From assembly GCA_964498925.1 (NCBI GenBank), contig CAZCKD010000001.1, positions 1-53,867 of the forward strand: 53,867 bases of DNA, written 5' to 3'. Shown one piece after another: positions 30,827 through 42,147 of the stretch. The notes under the pieces are model-generated. The model did not search any database, was not told where the DNA came from, and saw only the letters and a list, made by a program, of their open reading frames with translations. Position 1 is the stretch's first letter. Every line of letters starts with the position of its first letter. This DNA comes from an uncultured Granulosicoccaceae bacterium (GTDB lineage: Bacteria; Pseudomonadota; Gammaproteobacteria; Granulosicoccales; Granulosicoccaceae). The position numbers and the translations under genes were made by a program.

Positions 30827-32107
30827 ATGTTCACGATTGAAGCAAACGATAAAATCGCAGTTATTGGGCTAGGCTACGTTGGCCTCCCCCTGGCTGTTGA
30901 ATTCGGAAAATCAAGCCCAACCATCGGTTTTGACATCCATGCCGAAAGAATTGAAGAGCTTCAGTCAGGCCACGACAGAACGCTTGAGGTTTCCAAGGAA
31001 GAAATGGCCGAGGCTGCGCAGCTAAGCTACACAAGTAATCCAGCTGACTTGTCAACATGCAAGGTGTTCATCGTTACCGTCCCAACGCCGATCAACAAGC
31101 ACAAACAGCCGGATCTCACGCCGCTAATAAAAGCCAGTGAAACCATTGGTAAAGTGATGAGCGCAGACACTGTGGTTATTTACGAATCCACTGTATATCC
31201 GGGCGCCACCGAGGAAGTGTGTATTCCCATTCTCGAAAAAGAGTCAGGGTTGACTTTCAATCAGGATTTTTTCGCAGGTTACAGCCCGGAACGTATCAAT
31301 CCCGGTGATAAAGAACATCGTGTCAGCACCATTATGAAGGTAACAGCCGGTTCGACACCTGAGGTGGGCCAAGCTGTTGATGCGCTCTACCGTCGAATCA
31401 TTACCGCAGGCACACACCTGGCCAGCTCGATCAAGGTGGCAGAAGCTGCCAAGGTAATCGAAAACACGCAGCGCGATTTGAATATCGCATTAATAAACGA
31501 GCTGGCATTGATTTTCGACAAGCTGGGAATTGACACTCTTGAAGTGTTGGAGGCAGCTGGAACAAAATGGAACTTCCTGAACTTCCGCCCCGGTTTGGTA
31601 GGTGGTCATTGCATTAGCGTGGACCCTTACTACCTCACGCACAAGGCTCAGGAAATTGGCTACTACCCACAGGTTATTCTTTCAGGCCGCCAGATTAATG
31701 ATGGAATGGGTGCCTTCGTCGCCGAGCAAGTGATCAAAATGCTCACACGCAGGCGAGTACATGTTGTCGGTGCCAACATATTAATTCTTGGTCTGGCCTT
31801 TAAAGAGAATTGTCCTGACCTACGTAATACCCGAGTCGTCGATATTGTGGCGGAGCTGACAAACTACCACGCCAATGTCGACATCTATGACCCCTGGGTT
31901 GATAAAGAAGAAGCAGAGCGTGAATACAGCATTGTCCCGATTAATGCTCCGGAGAAGAAACACTACGATGCTATTATTCTCGCCGTCGCTCATGAAGAAT
32001 TTATCTCTTTAGGAGCGGATGCCATTCGCGAATTCGGTACGACAGACAGTGTTCTTTACGATATAAAAAGCATACTCCCGAAAGACTCAGTAGACGCCCG
32101 ACTATAA
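30827..32107 (+). CDS. tviB: UDP-N-acetylhexosamine C6 dehydrogenase (TviB/WbpO family)
   Basis: [46 protein letters not shown] and [10 protein letters not shown] motifs. Confidence 0.9.
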   Translation: MFTIEANDKIAVIGLGYVGLPLAVEFGKSSPTIGFDIHAERIEELQSGHDRTLEVSKEEMAEAAQLSYTSNPADLSTCKVFIVTVPTPINKHKQPDLTPLIKASETIGKVMSADTVVIYESTVYPGATEEVCIPILEKESGLTFNQDFFAGYSPERINPGDKEHRVSTIMKVTAGSTPEVGQAVDALYRRIITAGTHLASSIKVAEAAKVIENTQRDLNIALINELALIFDKLGIDTLEVLEAAGTKWNFLNFRPGLVGGHCISVDPYYLTHKAQEIGYYPQVILSGRQINDGMGAFVAEQVIKMLTRRRVHVVGANILILGLAFKENCPDLRNTRVVDIVAELTNYHANVDIYDPWVDKEEAEREYSIVPINAPEKKHYDAIILAVAHEEFISLGADAIREFGTTDSVLYDIKSILPKDSVDARL

Positions 32108-32128
32108 CTATCCATTATTGATAATCCC

Positions 32129-33136
32129 ATGAAAATCCTGATTACCGGCACAGCCGGATTTATTGGCTCCACCCTAGCGCTCAAATTATTAGAGCGTGGC
32201 GATGAAGTCATTGGTATCGATAATGTCAACGATTATTACGACGTTAATCTCAAGCTGGCACGCCTGGAAAGAGTCAAGGCGCATGATGGGTTTACCGAAG
32301 TTCGCGGTAACCTGGAAGATCGCGACCTCATAGAAAGCACATTCAAGAAGCATCAACCGGCACGCGTGGTTAATCTGGCAGCACAGGCAGGTGTTCGTTA
32401 TTCACTGGAAAATCCACACGCCTACATTGATGCCAATATCATTGGATTCACCAATATCCTGGAAAACTGCAGACATACCGGTGTAGAACATCTGGTTTAT
32501 GCATCAAGCAGCTCGGTTTACGGCAATCACACTAATATGCCGTTTAGTATTCACGAATCTGTTGACCATCCGGTGAGCTTATATGCGGCGAGCAAAAAAG
32601 CTAATGAACTGATGGCACATACATACAGCCATCTGTTCAATTTACCCACTACAGGCCTACGCTTTTTTACTGTGTATGGTCCTTGGGGTCGCCCGGACAT
32701 GGCGCTGTTTCTCTTTACTAAAAATATTCTTGCCGGTAAGCCGATTGACGTCTTTAACTACGGCAAACACAAGCGAGATTTTACGTTTATTGAGGATATC
32801 GTTGAAGGCGTTATCAGAACCCTCGATAATCCAGCCACACCTAATGCAGACTGGAACAGCGATAAACCTGACCCGGCGACAAGCTCAGCTCCTTTCCGCA
32901 TATACAACATTGGCAACAATAGCCCGGTCGATCTCGAGCATTACATCAGCACGCTGGAAAGTTGTCTAAACAAGACGGCCGAGAAAAACCTGCTGCCTTT
33001 GCAGGCCGGCGATGTACCTGATACCTACGCGGATGTATCCGATCTGATTCGAGACGTTGACTACAAGCCTGACACCAGCGTGGAAGAAGGTATCGGTAAA
33101 TTTGTCGATTGGTATTTGGAATACTACAAAGTATAA
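32129..33136 (+). CDS. NAD-dependent epimerase (UDP-glucuronate 4-epimerase type)
   Basis: [33 protein letters not shown] and [15 protein letters not shown] motifs. Confidence 0.9.
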   Translation: MKILITGTAGFIGSTLALKLLERGDEVIGIDNVNDYYDVNLKLARLERVKAHDGFTEVRGNLEDRDLIESTFKKHQPARVVNLAAQAGVRYSLENPHAYIDANIIGFTNILENCRHTGVEHLVYASSSSVYGNHTNMPFSIHESVDHPVSLYAASKKANELMAHTYSHLFNLPTTGLRFFTVYGPWGRPDMALFLFTKNILAGKPIDVFNYGKHKRDFTFIEDIVEGVIRTLDNPATPNADWNSDKPDPATSSAPFRIYNIGNNSPVDLEHYISTLESCLNKTAEKNLLPLQAGDVPDTYADVSDLIRDVDYKPDTSVEEGIGKFVDWYLEYYKV

Positions 33137-33172
33137 GTACTCGCACGGCACTCAGTATCGGGCTTGTTGGGG

Positions 33173-33994
33173 TTAAATCCACCCCTTTATGCGATACACC
33201 AGTAACGCAACAAGCTCATGAATCAGCAGATCAAATTTGACCAGTGCCGTTCTCTGCGGCACCCAGCCGTATATCTGCAGCGCGCGCAGCCCCTGATAAT
33301 CAACACTCACCGGACACAAAGTTATGTCCGTATCTGCTAGAGCCAACTCGAAACTACTTATCGCCCGATGCATATGAAGCGCTGAGCTGATTATCCTGAC
33401 CGGTCCTTCGACATCAGCATCTTTTAGAATCTCGGCAACGTTCACCGCGTTTTCATACGTGTTTCGAGATTCCCCTTCAAGTATCAAGCTTTCTTCAGGA
33501 ACACTCAGAGAGCGAAGGTAGCTGCCAATCACTTCAGCTTCTGGAATTCTGTAGAGAACGCCACCCGATACAATCAATGTCGCATCAGGTTCGTTCTGAG
33601 TGATTCGGTACGCTTCGGAAGCGCGAACGAAAGTCGCATGAGACATGCGCTCAAAATTTTCGTTTGATCGGGCGTAGGAATTAACGCCGCCACTGAGCAA
33701 CACCACATGGCTTCCTGATTCACACGCTTGATCCCTTGCGTGAAGTTGCTCAATTTGATTAACCAGAGGATTTACAAAGACGGGGGCCGTGGCTATTTCG
33801 AAAAGTAGTGCCCAACAAACAATCAGTAAAAACAAGGGGAACGTCAGGAATCGACGTTTACTGGAACGCCCTCCCCTCGAACGGCGCGAGCGACGACGAC
33901 TCCCGGCGATCACCAGTATCAAGATGACCAATAAGGAGGCAACGAATAACAAAGCAACCGGGTCTAGAACCCAATCGCGGAGAAGACCAAGCAT
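33173..33994 (-). CDS. YdcF/ElyC (DUF218) family membrane protein
   Basis: Two N-terminal TMs, then VVLLSGG, VSGG, EGESRNTYENA, SSALHMHRA and HE motifs. Confidence 0.85.
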   Translation of the reverse strand: MLGLLRDWVLDPVALLFVASLLVILILVIAGSRRRSRRSRGGRSSKRRFLTFPLFLLIVCWALLFEIATAPVFVNPLVNQIEQLHARDQACESGSHVVLLSGGVNSYARSNENFERMSHATFVRASEAYRITQNEPDATLIVSGGVLYRIPEAEVIGSYLRSLSVPEESLILEGESRNTYENAVNVAEILKDADVEGPVRIISSALHMHRAISSFELALADTDITLCPVSVDYQGLRALQIYGWVPQRTALVKFDLLIHELVALLVYRIKGWI

Positions 33995-34194
33995 GTCTTT
34001 GAGTTAGCAAACTAAGGTGCCCCCAGTTTAACGCGTTGATTCATCCAAACAAAGTGCTGGTTCCCGAATACTATCCACCACCATTAACCACCAGATTGGC
34101 ACACCATTAGTGCTGGGATGCACTATCTCAATTCATCCCTTTCGAATACAATAGTTAGATTATTCATTATTGAATTACCTAATAATCAACTTCA

Positions 34195-35172
34195 ATGTCT
34201 TTTTCTGAAGCACCCAATCTCAATCAGCATCGGCAATTGCGTGCATTTTGCCATGCGGCACAAACCGGTAGCGTTTCTAAGGCGGCCCTACGCCTGAAAC
34301 TCAGCCAGCCAACCGTGTCTCTGCAAATACAGGCCTTAGAGAAAGATCTGGGTAAATTGTTGTTCGAGCGCTGTGGTCCAAAAATAAAGCTGACACCCGC
34401 CGGTGAGCTACTCCTTGAAATGGCTCAGCCCTTGGTTGACGGGTTTTCACGACTATCGGAGAGTTTTTCTGCTCGCCTGGACGAAGTCCACTCCGGACCA
34501 CTGGATATTGCATCCGGAGAAGCCACTCTGCTTTACATCCTTCCGGATATTATCAAATCGTTCTCCGATGAATTCAGCCAAATTGATGTGCGTCTCCACA
34601 ACGTCACTGGGCATGACGGGCTGGCCCTACTACGTGCTGACGAAGTGGATTTCGCAGTAGGCTCGATGATCGATGTCCCAGACGACATGGTGTATCACCC
34701 GATCTATACTTACAAACCAGCGCTGATCATGTGCAAGGGTCACCCGCTGGAGAATAAATCGCACATCACTCTAGAGGATATTAGCCCCTACGGATTGATT
34801 CTTCCTCCCAGACACTTAAGTACCTGGAGCGTCGTTGACACTGTTTTCAAGCAACACAACGTGCCCTACACGGTCGCCCTTGAGGCCGGCGGGTGGGAAG
34901 TGATTAAGCGTTATGTTGAAATCGGCACAGGGATCAGCATAGTCACCAGTATCTGCCTTCGAGGATTTGAAAATTTATCGGTCAAACCCATTGATGAATT
35001 TTTCCCTAACCGAACATATGGCGCTGTAGTCAGACGCGGAAAATTTCTGTCGGCTCAGTCCAAACAGTTTCTGGAAATGATGGATGCTGACATTTTCGCC
35101 CGACAAGCAACGCCGCCGAAGGTGAAACGCCGAGCTCACAGTCGACAAGACGCACTGATCACCAATTTGTAA
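34195..35172 (+). CDS. LysR-family transcriptional regulator
   Basis: HTH QLRAF...SVSKAA..L.LSQPTVSLQIQALE...LFER, followed by a LysR substrate-binding domain. Confidence 0.93.
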   Translation: MSFSEAPNLNQHRQLRAFCHAAQTGSVSKAALRLKLSQPTVSLQIQALEKDLGKLLFERCGPKIKLTPAGELLLEMAQPLVDGFSRLSESFSARLDEVHSGPLDIASGEATLLYILPDIIKSFSDEFSQIDVRLHNVTGHDGLALLRADEVDFAVGSMIDVPDDMVYHPIYTYKPALIMCKGHPLENKSHITLEDISPYGLILPPRHLSTWSVVDTVFKQHNVPYTVALEAGGWEVIKRYVEIGTGISIVTSICLRGFENLSVKPIDEFFPNRTYGAVVRRGKFLSAQSKQFLEMMDADIFARQATPPKVKRRAHSRQDALITNL

Positions 35173-35175
35173 ATC

Positions 35176-36303
35176 ATGCAAAGCCCTCTCACCTCAGTTG
35201 CTGCACCGCTTCGATCCGACGTCGGTGATATGCATGTCATCGTAGGCATGTCCGGTGGTGTGGACTCTTCAGTCGCAGCACTGCTCTTAAAACAGCAGGG
35301 CTATACCGTTTCCGGCATTTTTATGCAGAACTGGGAAGACGACGATGAACATTGCACAGCGAGGCAAGACTATCGGGACGCCGCATCTGTCGCTAGCAAA
35401 CTGGGTATGGAATTAACCACTGTCAATTTCGCCGAAGAATATTGGGAACGCGTATTCGAACACTTTCTGAGTGAATACAGCGCCGGCAGAACACCGAACC
35501 CGGATATTCTGTGTAATAAAGAAATCAAATTTAAAGCTTTTCTGGATCATGCCCGCACACGCGGTGCCGACGCTATCGCCACCGGGCACTACGTTCGCTC
35601 TGGAGGAGACAATGACCAAATCTCGTTGCTACGCGGGTTGGACACCAACAAAGACCAAAGCTACTTTCTGTACACACTGAATCAAGAACAGATGCGCCCT
35701 AGCCTGTTTCCTGTTGGCGCGATAGAAAAACCTGTGGTTCGTAAAATGGCGCAAGACGCAGGCTTCCACGTTCATAGTAAAAAAGATAGTACGGGTATTT
35801 GCTTTATCGGAGAGCGCAAGTTCAGCACTTTCCTGGCAGAGTACCTTCCTGCCCAACCCGGAGAGATTGTGACCGATACCGGCAAGATATTGGGACGCCA
35901 CAACGGCCTGATGTTTTATACGCTCGGACAACGCCAAGGTTTGGGCATCGGGGGGAAAAAAGATGCAACCGAATCGCCTTGGTATGTACTAGCCAAAGAT
36001 CTCGATGACAATCGACTGATTGTCGGACAAGGCCACAATCACCCCACCCTTTTCCGACAACACTTACATGCGCATGATCCGCACTGGGTGTACGGCGATG
36101 CGGCTCAGGAGCTGTTCGCGTGTACAGCAAAAGTACGTTACAGACAGAAAGATCAGAAGGTGACCGTTACAGTTAAGGAAGACGGCACCCTCGATATTTT
36201 GTTTGATGAACCGGTCAGGGCCGCAACACCGGGTCAATCCATCGTTTTTTACGACAATGAGCAATGCTTAGGTGGCGCTATCATTAGTGATCTTCCGCAA
36301 TAG
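35176..36303 (+). CDS. mnmA: tRNA 2-thiouridine(34) synthase MnmA
   Basis: [47 protein letters not shown] and TPGQ motifs. Confidence 0.97.
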   Translation: MQSPLTSVAAPLRSDVGDMHVIVGMSGGVDSSVAALLLKQQGYTVSGIFMQNWEDDDEHCTARQDYRDAASVASKLGMELTTVNFAEEYWERVFEHFLSEYSAGRTPNPDILCNKEIKFKAFLDHARTRGADAIATGHYVRSGGDNDQISLLRGLDTNKDQSYFLYTLNQEQMRPSLFPVGAIEKPVVRKMAQDAGFHVHSKKDSTGICFIGERKFSTFLAEYLPAQPGEIVTDTGKILGRHNGLMFYTLGQRQGLGIGGKKDATESPWYVLAKDLDDNRLIVGQGHNHPTLFRQHLHAHDPHWVYGDAAQELFACTAKVRYRQKDQKVTVTVKEDGTLDILFDEPVRAATPGQSIVFYDNEQCLGGAIISDLPQ

Positions 36304-36331
36304 GCATTCTGCACACCCTATACTCTCTGGT

Positions 36332-36955
36332 ATGAGCTCAATAACAAACACTGAAAACCAGACACTTGCACTGGCCGGTATTTTTCAATCGGTACATCTC
36401 TGCAAAACCATCGCAACGACAGGCCGGTACGATTCGGAAGTACTCAACGGCACTTTGCGTTCAATCTTGACGCTTAATACAGAACGCGTCATCGATGCCT
36501 ATGGCGGCAGCACACAGAATATTAAAACCGGACTGGGTGTATTGGTCAGCCAGCTGGGTGGAAATTCAGAATCCCGCGACTTGGACATTGCGCGCTATTT
36601 TCTTTCGCTGGTTCAACTGGGTACTAACGTACTCAATGACGAGTCAACGGTCGAGCAGATAAGAATCGGTATAAGCCGTGCGCAGTCTATGGAATCAGCG
36701 GTTGATGATCCTGCAATGATCAGTAATTTTGCCAACCTTTATCGCAGCAGCATCAGCCAGCTAACCCCGCGCATCATGGTTAGCGGAGACCCTGAACACC
36801 TTAACGATAACGTGCTTGCGTCAACGATTAGAGCAGCATTGCTCGGTGGCTTACGATCGGTGGTGCTTTGGCGGCAGTGTGGCGGAACCCGCCCCAAACT
36901 GTTTCTTAGCCGAAAGCAATATCTGGATAACGCACAGACCTATCTATCAAACTAA
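36332..36955 (+). CDS. hflD: High frequency lysogenization protein HflD
   Basis: TLALAGIFQS, PRIMVSG and IRAALLGGLRS.VLWRQ.GG.R motifs; directly after mnmA. Start at ATG 36332. Confidence 0.92.
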   Translation: MSSITNTENQTLALAGIFQSVHLCKTIATTGRYDSEVLNGTLRSILTLNTERVIDAYGGSTQNIKTGLGVLVSQLGGNSESRDLDIARYFLSLVQLGTNVLNDESTVEQIRIGISRAQSMESAVDDPAMISNFANLYRSSISQLTPRIMVSGDPEHLNDNVLASTIRAALLGGLRSVVLWRQCGGTRPKLFLSRKQYLDNAQTYLSN

Positions 36956-37038
36956 GCGCTGTAAGGCTTTCGCCTTATAGCGCCTGCCCGCTCTAAGACT
37001 GCAGGACATTGGAACGGTTCAGAAAAGAACCGTCCCAA
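36956..37038. terminator. Two hairpins between convergent hflD and acnB (candidate terminators)
   Basis: GCGCTGTAAGGC-tttc-GCCTTATAGCGC (36956-36983) and TTGGAACGGTTC-agaaaa-GAACCGTCCCAA (37009-37038). U-tracts are weak. Confidence 0.5.
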
Positions 37039-37057
37039 TCTATAACAACCAAACAGC

Positions 37058-39664
37058 TTAGCTGGCTATCTGGATAGATACTGGAATATCCTTAAACTTC
37101 ACTTTCGCATCATCAGCAGATTGCTGGAATTCTGCAATTTCGTTGAAGTTCAGGTAGCGGTAGACTTCGTCACTCATAGCGTCCAAGTCCTTCACATATT
37201 CCATATACTCTTCGACCGTCGGTAACTTGCCCAACAGTGCAGCCACTGCTGCAAGCTCTGCGGAACTCAAGTAAACAAACGCGCCTTGCCCCAAACGATT
37301 CGGGAAGTTTCGAGTTGACGTAGACACCACTGTGGCACCTGGTTTCACTCGTGCTTGGTTACCCATACACAATGAGCAGCCCGGGACCTCTAAACGCGCA
37401 CCTGCTGCACCGAAGATATTGTAATAACCTTCTTCCTTCAGCTGATGCTCATCCATTCGAGTTGGAGGCGCGATCCAAAGTACCGTATCAACGTAGTCGC
37501 CGGACTTCTGAATCAGCTTACCTGCCGCACGGTAGTGACCGATGTTAGTCATGCAAGAACCGATGAACACTTCGTCGATTTTCTCGCCTTGTACTTCTGA
37601 CAATGGCTTAACGTCATCCGGATCATTCGGACAAGCCAACAGAGGCTCTTTAATTTCATTCAGATCGATTTCAATGATCTCTGCGTATTCTGCATCGCTA
37701 TCCGCTTCAAGAAGCGTTGGATTTTCCAACCACTCTTCCATCTTGCGAGCACGACGCTCCAAGGTACGAGCATCGTCATAACCCTGATCGATCATCCATC
37801 TGAGCAGTGTAATGTTGGACGTGATGTATTCTTTAAGTGGCTCAATGTCCAACTTGATCGTACAGCCACCAGCAGAGCGTTCTGCCGTTGCATCAGCCAG
37901 CTCAAAGGCCTGCTCAAGCTTAAGGTCTTTGAGGCCTTCAATTTCAACGCAAGCACCTGAGAAGACGTTCTTCTTACCTTTTTTCTCAACTGTGAGTAAG
38001 CCTCTTTTCAGGGCCGCATAAGGAATCGCATTTACCAGATCACGCAATGTGATACCAGGTTGCATTTCCCCTTTAAAACGAACCAGAACCGACTCAGGCA
38101 TGTTCAGTGGCATAACACCAACCGCCGATGCAAACGCGACCAGACCGGAACCCGCTGGGAAAGAAATACCCATTGGAAAGCGCGTGTGAGAATCGCCGCC
38201 AGTACCCACAGTATCAGGCAGCAACATACGGTTTAGCCAAGAGTGGATGATGCCATCGCCCGGATTCAAAGAAACACCGCCTCGTGTGGACATAAAGTCT
38301 GGCAAGGAGTGATGTGTATCAACATCGATCGGCTTCGGATAAGCCGCTGTATGACAGAAAGATTGCATGACGAGATCTGCTGAGAAACCTAAGCACGCTA
38401 AATCTTTGAGTTCGTCTCGCGTCATTGGACCGGTTGTATCTTGCGATCCGACTGTCGTCATCTTTGGTTCGCAATATTGTCCTGGACGTACACCATCTGT
38501 ACCACAGGCTTTGCCCACAATTTTTTGTGCCAATGTATAACCCTTGGTACTCGTGTCACTGGCACCTGGACGACGGAACACAGTGCTGAATTCCAAACCC
38601 AGAGACTCTCGAGCCCGATCGGTTAAACCGCGGCCAATGATTAGAGGAATACGACCACCTGCTCTCACTTCATCAAGCAATACATCGTTCCCGTATTCAA
38701 ACGTTGTTAAAACTTCATCGGTACCGTGGCGAGTGATTTTTTGTTCATTAGGGAAGATATCAATGACATCACCCATGGACATGCCATTAACATCGCACTC
38801 GATGGGCAATGCGCCAGCATCTTCCAGTGTGTTGTAGAAAATAGGGGCGATCTTGCTGCCAAGAACGAAACCACCATCGCGTCGGTTGGGAATGTGTGGA
38901 ATATCATTACCCATGTGCCACAACACGGAGTTTGTTGCAGATTTACGCGATGACCCTGTACCAACAACATCACCAACATAAGCAACCGGGAAGCCTTTCT
39001 CTTGAAGCTCATCGATGGTTGCGAGCGGCTTATCGGTAAAACCTTCGCGTTCGAACTTCAGCATCGCCAGTGCGTGCAATGGAATATCCGGACGGCTCCA
39101 GGCATCAACAGCTGGTGACAGATCGTCAGTGTTGGTTTCGCCAGGCACTTTAAATACAGTGACAGTGATTTTTTCCGGCACATCGTCTTTGGCTAAAAAC
39201 CAGTCGGCATCTGCCCAGGATTGCATAACGCGTGCGGCAGCTTCGTTGCCTGACTTTGCTTTTTCTTCAACATCGTGGAAAGCATCGAACATCAAAAGCG
39301 TATGGGACAGCGCGTGAACCGCAGCGTCAGCCAGGCTGGCGTCTTCAAGAGCAGCGATTAGCGGCTGAATGTTGTAGCCCCCTAACATGGTGCCGAGAAG
39401 CTCGATAGCACGCACAGGTGTCAACAACGGAGAAGTCGCCTCACCTTTTGCGATCGCAGCCAGAAAACCTGCTTTAACGTACGCAGCTTCATCAACCCCA
39501 GCAGGGATTCGCTCAGAGAGCAGATTCAGTAAGAAGTCTTCTTCACCTGCAGGTGGCGATTTCAGCAACTCAATCAGATCAGCAGTTTGCTGAGCATCTA
39601 GTGGCTGAGGAACGATGCCCTGAGCTTCACGCTCAGCGACCTGTTGTCGGTAGGTTTCTAACAT
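37058..39664 (-). CDS. acnB: Aconitate hydratase B
   Basis: [45 protein letters not shown] and GCSLCMGNQ motifs. ATG 39664 follows a GAGG ribosome-binding site. Confidence 0.97.
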   Translation of the reverse strand: MLETYRQQVAEREAQGIVPQPLDAQQTADLIELLKSPPAGEEDFLLNLLSERIPAGVDEAAYVKAGFLAAIAKGEATSPLLTPVRAIELLGTMLGGYNIQPLIAALEDASLADAAVHALSHTLLMFDAFHDVEEKAKSGNEAAARVMQSWADADWFLAKDDVPEKITVTVFKVPGETNTDDLSPAVDAWSRPDIPLHALAMLKFEREGFTDKPLATIDELQEKGFPVAYVGDVVGTGSSRKSATNSVLWHMGNDIPHIPNRRDGGFVLGSKIAPIFYNTLEDAGALPIECDVNGMSMGDVIDIFPNEQKITRHGTDEVLTTFEYGNDVLLDEVRAGGRIPLIIGRGLTDRARESLGLEFSTVFRRPGASDTSTKGYTLAQKIVGKACGTDGVRPGQYCEPKMTTVGSQDTTGPMTRDELKDLACLGFSADLVMQSFCHTAAYPKPIDVDTHHSLPDFMSTRGGVSLNPGDGIIHSWLNRMLLPDTVGTGGDSHTRFPMGISFPAGSGLVAFASAVGVMPLNMPESVLVRFKGEMQPGITLRDLVNAIPYAALKRGLLTVEKKGKKNVFSGACVEIEGLKDLKLEQAFELADATAERSAGGCTIKLDIEPLKEYITSNITLLRWMIDQGYDDARTLERRARKMEEWLENPTLLEADSDAEYAEIIEIDLNEIKEPLLACPNDPDDVKPLSEVQGEKIDEVFIGSCMTNIGHYRAAGKLIQKSGDYVDTVLWIAPPTRMDEHQLKEEGYYNIFGAAGARLEVPGCSLCMGNQARVKPGATVVSTSTRNFPNRLGQGAFVYLSSAELAAVAALLGKLPTVEEYMEYVKDLDAMSDEVYRYLNFNEIAEFQQSADDAKVKFKDIPVSIQIAS

Positions 39665-39778
39665 TAACTCTTTCCTCAAATATAAAAGACGTTTATTGCA
39701 CCATTTTAACGTAACTGGCGATATGGAGTTGTATTCCGTGCCAGCAAATTAGTTTTCCATCGGCCACGCACTGATGCT

Positions 39779-41839
39779 TTAGGCAACCGTTTTCTTGCTT
39801 TTCGTACCACCCAAAGGTTTTGCAGGCTCATCTCCCTGCTTGAACAGAGATGCCCGAATTTGGTCTAGTTCGTCCCTCAATTGGGCAGCGCGCTCGAATT
39901 CCAGATTGCGGGCACACTCGTACATCTCTTTTTCAAGCTTCTTCATGCGTTTGGCAGCATCGGACGCGGAAAGTGCCTCGACTGCCGGTGTTTTTTCCGG
40001 ACGATCCTTACGACCACGACGTTTATCCTTACCAGACCCGCCACCTGCCTCCATGACATCGTTAACAGGTTTATCGATACCCTTGGGCGTAATGCCGTTT
40101 TCTTCGTTATAACGGAGCTGAACTTCCCGGCGGCGAGTTGTTTCGTCCATCGCTCGCTGCATGGAACCGGTAACCACATCTGCATAAAGTATGGCCTTAC
40201 CGTGCAGATTTCGAGCTGCTCGCCCTATTGTCTGAATCAGCGAACGATCTGATCGGAGAAAACCTTCCTTATCGGCATCTAGAATGGCGACAAGAGAGAC
40301 CTCGGGCATGTCCAGTCCTTCCCGGAGCAGATTGATTCCGACAACGACATCAAAAACCCCCAGTCGAAGATCTCGAATTATCTCGCTTCGTTCAACGGTA
40401 TCGACATCTGAGTGTAGATATCGCACTTTGACGTCATGGTCTGACAAATAATCCGTCAGATCTTCTGACATACGTTTTGTCAGGGTCGTTATCAGAACCC
40501 GCTCGTCACGGGATACCCGATCGTTTATTTCAGATAACACGTCGTCTACCTGTGTCTTGGCGGGTCGCACCTGAACTTCTGGATCGATGAGGCCGGTAGG
40601 TCGGACCACCTGCTCTACCACCTGATCAGCATGTGACTGCTCGTAGTTTCCAGGTGTCGCTGAAACAAATATCGTTTGTGGGGCCAATAATTCGAATTCC
40701 TCGAACTTCAACGGCCGATTATCCAACGCGGAAGGCAGTCGGAATCCGTAATTCACCAGATTTTCCTTTCGCGATCGATCGCCCTTGTACATAGCGCCGA
40801 GCTGGGGCACCGTGACATGGCTTTCATCGATAAAAAGCAAGCTGTCTTCGGGTAGGTAATCAAACAGACAAGGTGGCGGCTCTCCGGGTTTCCGGCCCGA
40901 CAAATAGCGCGAGTAGTTTTCGATGCCAGAGCAATAACCCAGCTCGTGAATCATCTCCAAATCAAATTGAGTACGCTGCTGCAACCGTTGCGCTTCCACC
41001 AGCTTTCCGGCCGCTGTTAATTGCTCAAGACGCTCACGCAATTCATCTTTGATGAGATCGGTTGCATCCAGTAAACGCTGCCGTGGAGTGACATAGTGTG
41101 TTTTCGGATACACCGTTAACCTGGGCACTTTCCGATGCACCTCGCCGGTAAGCGGATCAAAATAGCTCAGTGATTCAATATCGTCATCGAACAGTTCGAC
41201 TCGTATCGCTTCGCGTTCTGAGTCCGCCGCATAGATATCAATGATTTCGCCTCTAACACGATAGGTTCCACGCTTCAATTCCATATCGTTTCGGCTGTAC
41301 TGAAGCTCTGCCAGTCGGCGCAGCAGATCCCGCTGATTAACCGTCTCACCGCGCTTCAGGTGCAGAACCATTTTATGGTACTGCTCAGGATCACCCAATC
41401 CATAGATTGACGATACGGTAGCGACGATTATCGTGTCGCGCCTTTCAAACAATGCTTTGGTTGCCGACAAACGCATCTGTTCGATGTGTTCATTTATCGA
41501 AGAATCTTTTTCTATAAAAAGATCGCTACTGGGTACATAGGCTTCGGGTTGGTAGTAGTCGTAATACGAAACAAAGTACTCAACCGAATTGTTCGGAAAA
41601 AACTCTTTGAACTCACCGTACAACTGCGCTGCTAACGTTTTGTTGGGTGCCAAAACTATGGCAGGACGTTGCTGCCTTTGCAGTATATTGGCGATGGTGA
41701 AGGTTTTACCGGAACCTGTGACACCGAGTAACGTCTGGTAGGCCAATCCATCATCAATACCAGAAACCAACCCATTTATGGCTTCAGGTTGATGTCCTGA
41801 CGGTTTATAGCCTGTTTTTAGGTCAAATACGGTGGACAT
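39779..41839 (-). CDS. uvrB: Excinuclease ABC subunit B
   Basis: [42 protein letters not shown] and a C-terminal UVR domain. Start at ATG 41839. Confidence 0.97.
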   Translation of the reverse strand: MSTVFDLKTGYKPSGHQPEAINGLVSGIDDGLAYQTLLGVTGSGKTFTIANILQRQQRPAIVLAPNKTLAAQLYGEFKEFFPNNSVEYFVSYYDYYQPEAYVPSSDLFIEKDSSINEHIEQMRLSATKALFERRDTIIVATVSSIYGLGDPEQYHKMVLHLKRGETVNQRDLLRRLAELQYSRNDMELKRGTYRVRGEIIDIYAADSEREAIRVELFDDDIESLSYFDPLTGEVHRKVPRLTVYPKTHYVTPRQRLLDATDLIKDELRERLEQLTAAGKLVEAQRLQQRTQFDLEMIHELGYCSGIENYSRYLSGRKPGEPPPCLFDYLPEDSLLFIDESHVTVPQLGAMYKGDRSRKENLVNYGFRLPSALDNRPLKFEEFELLAPQTIFVSATPGNYEQSHADQVVEQVVRPTGLIDPEVQVRPAKTQVDDVLSEINDRVSRDERVLITTLTKRMSEDLTDYLSDHDVKVRYLHSDVDTVERSEIIRDLRLGVFDVVVGINLLREGLDMPEVSLVAILDADKEGFLRSDRSLIQTIGRAARNLHGKAILYADVVTGSMQRAMDETTRRREVQLRYNEENGITPKGIDKPVNDVMEAGGGSGKDKRRGRKDRPEKTPAVEALSASDAAKRMKKLEKEMYECARNLEFERAAQLRDELDQIRASLFKQGDEPAKPLGGTKSKKTVA

Positions 41840-41916
41840 TATTCTCCGACACGTTACTTCAGAAAGTAATTGTACATCCAAGATGAAAATTGACTCGATT
41901 TTTGCACTCTAACCGA

Positions 41917-41945
41917 TTGACGTTAGCGTTTAAGACCATTACCAT
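41917..41945 (+). promoter_or_regulatory. Sigma70 promoter of tRNA-Asn
   Basis: TTGACG-17 nt-TACCAT, 10 nt upstream of the tRNA. Confidence 0.65.
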
Positions 41946-41955
41946 TCGTCCCGAT

Positions 41956-42031
41956 TCCCTGGTAGCTCAGTTGGTAGAGCAAATGACTGTTAATCATTGG
42001 GTCGGCGGTTCGAGCCCGTCCCAGGGAGCCA
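41956..42031 (+). tRNA. tRNA-Asn (GTT)
   Basis: Acceptor TCCCTGG/CCAGGGA, anticodon arm AATGA-ct-GTT-aa-TCATT, GGTTCGA T-loop and encoded CCA. Confidence 0.96.
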
Positions 42032-42147
42032 TCTTCATCGGTTGATCAATTAGGATCAGCCTTGTGACTTACGAATGAAGATGGTTTAGATGCGTTTGCA
42101 TCGCGCTCGATATGTCGTCCATATGCAGACGACAGCCTAACTCCCTT

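Noticed and set aside
30827-33136. A true Vi-antigen (viaB) locus
   Set aside because: Only the TviB-family dehydrogenase is present. There are no tviD/tviE or vex ABC export genes, and export here is Wzx/Wzy type.
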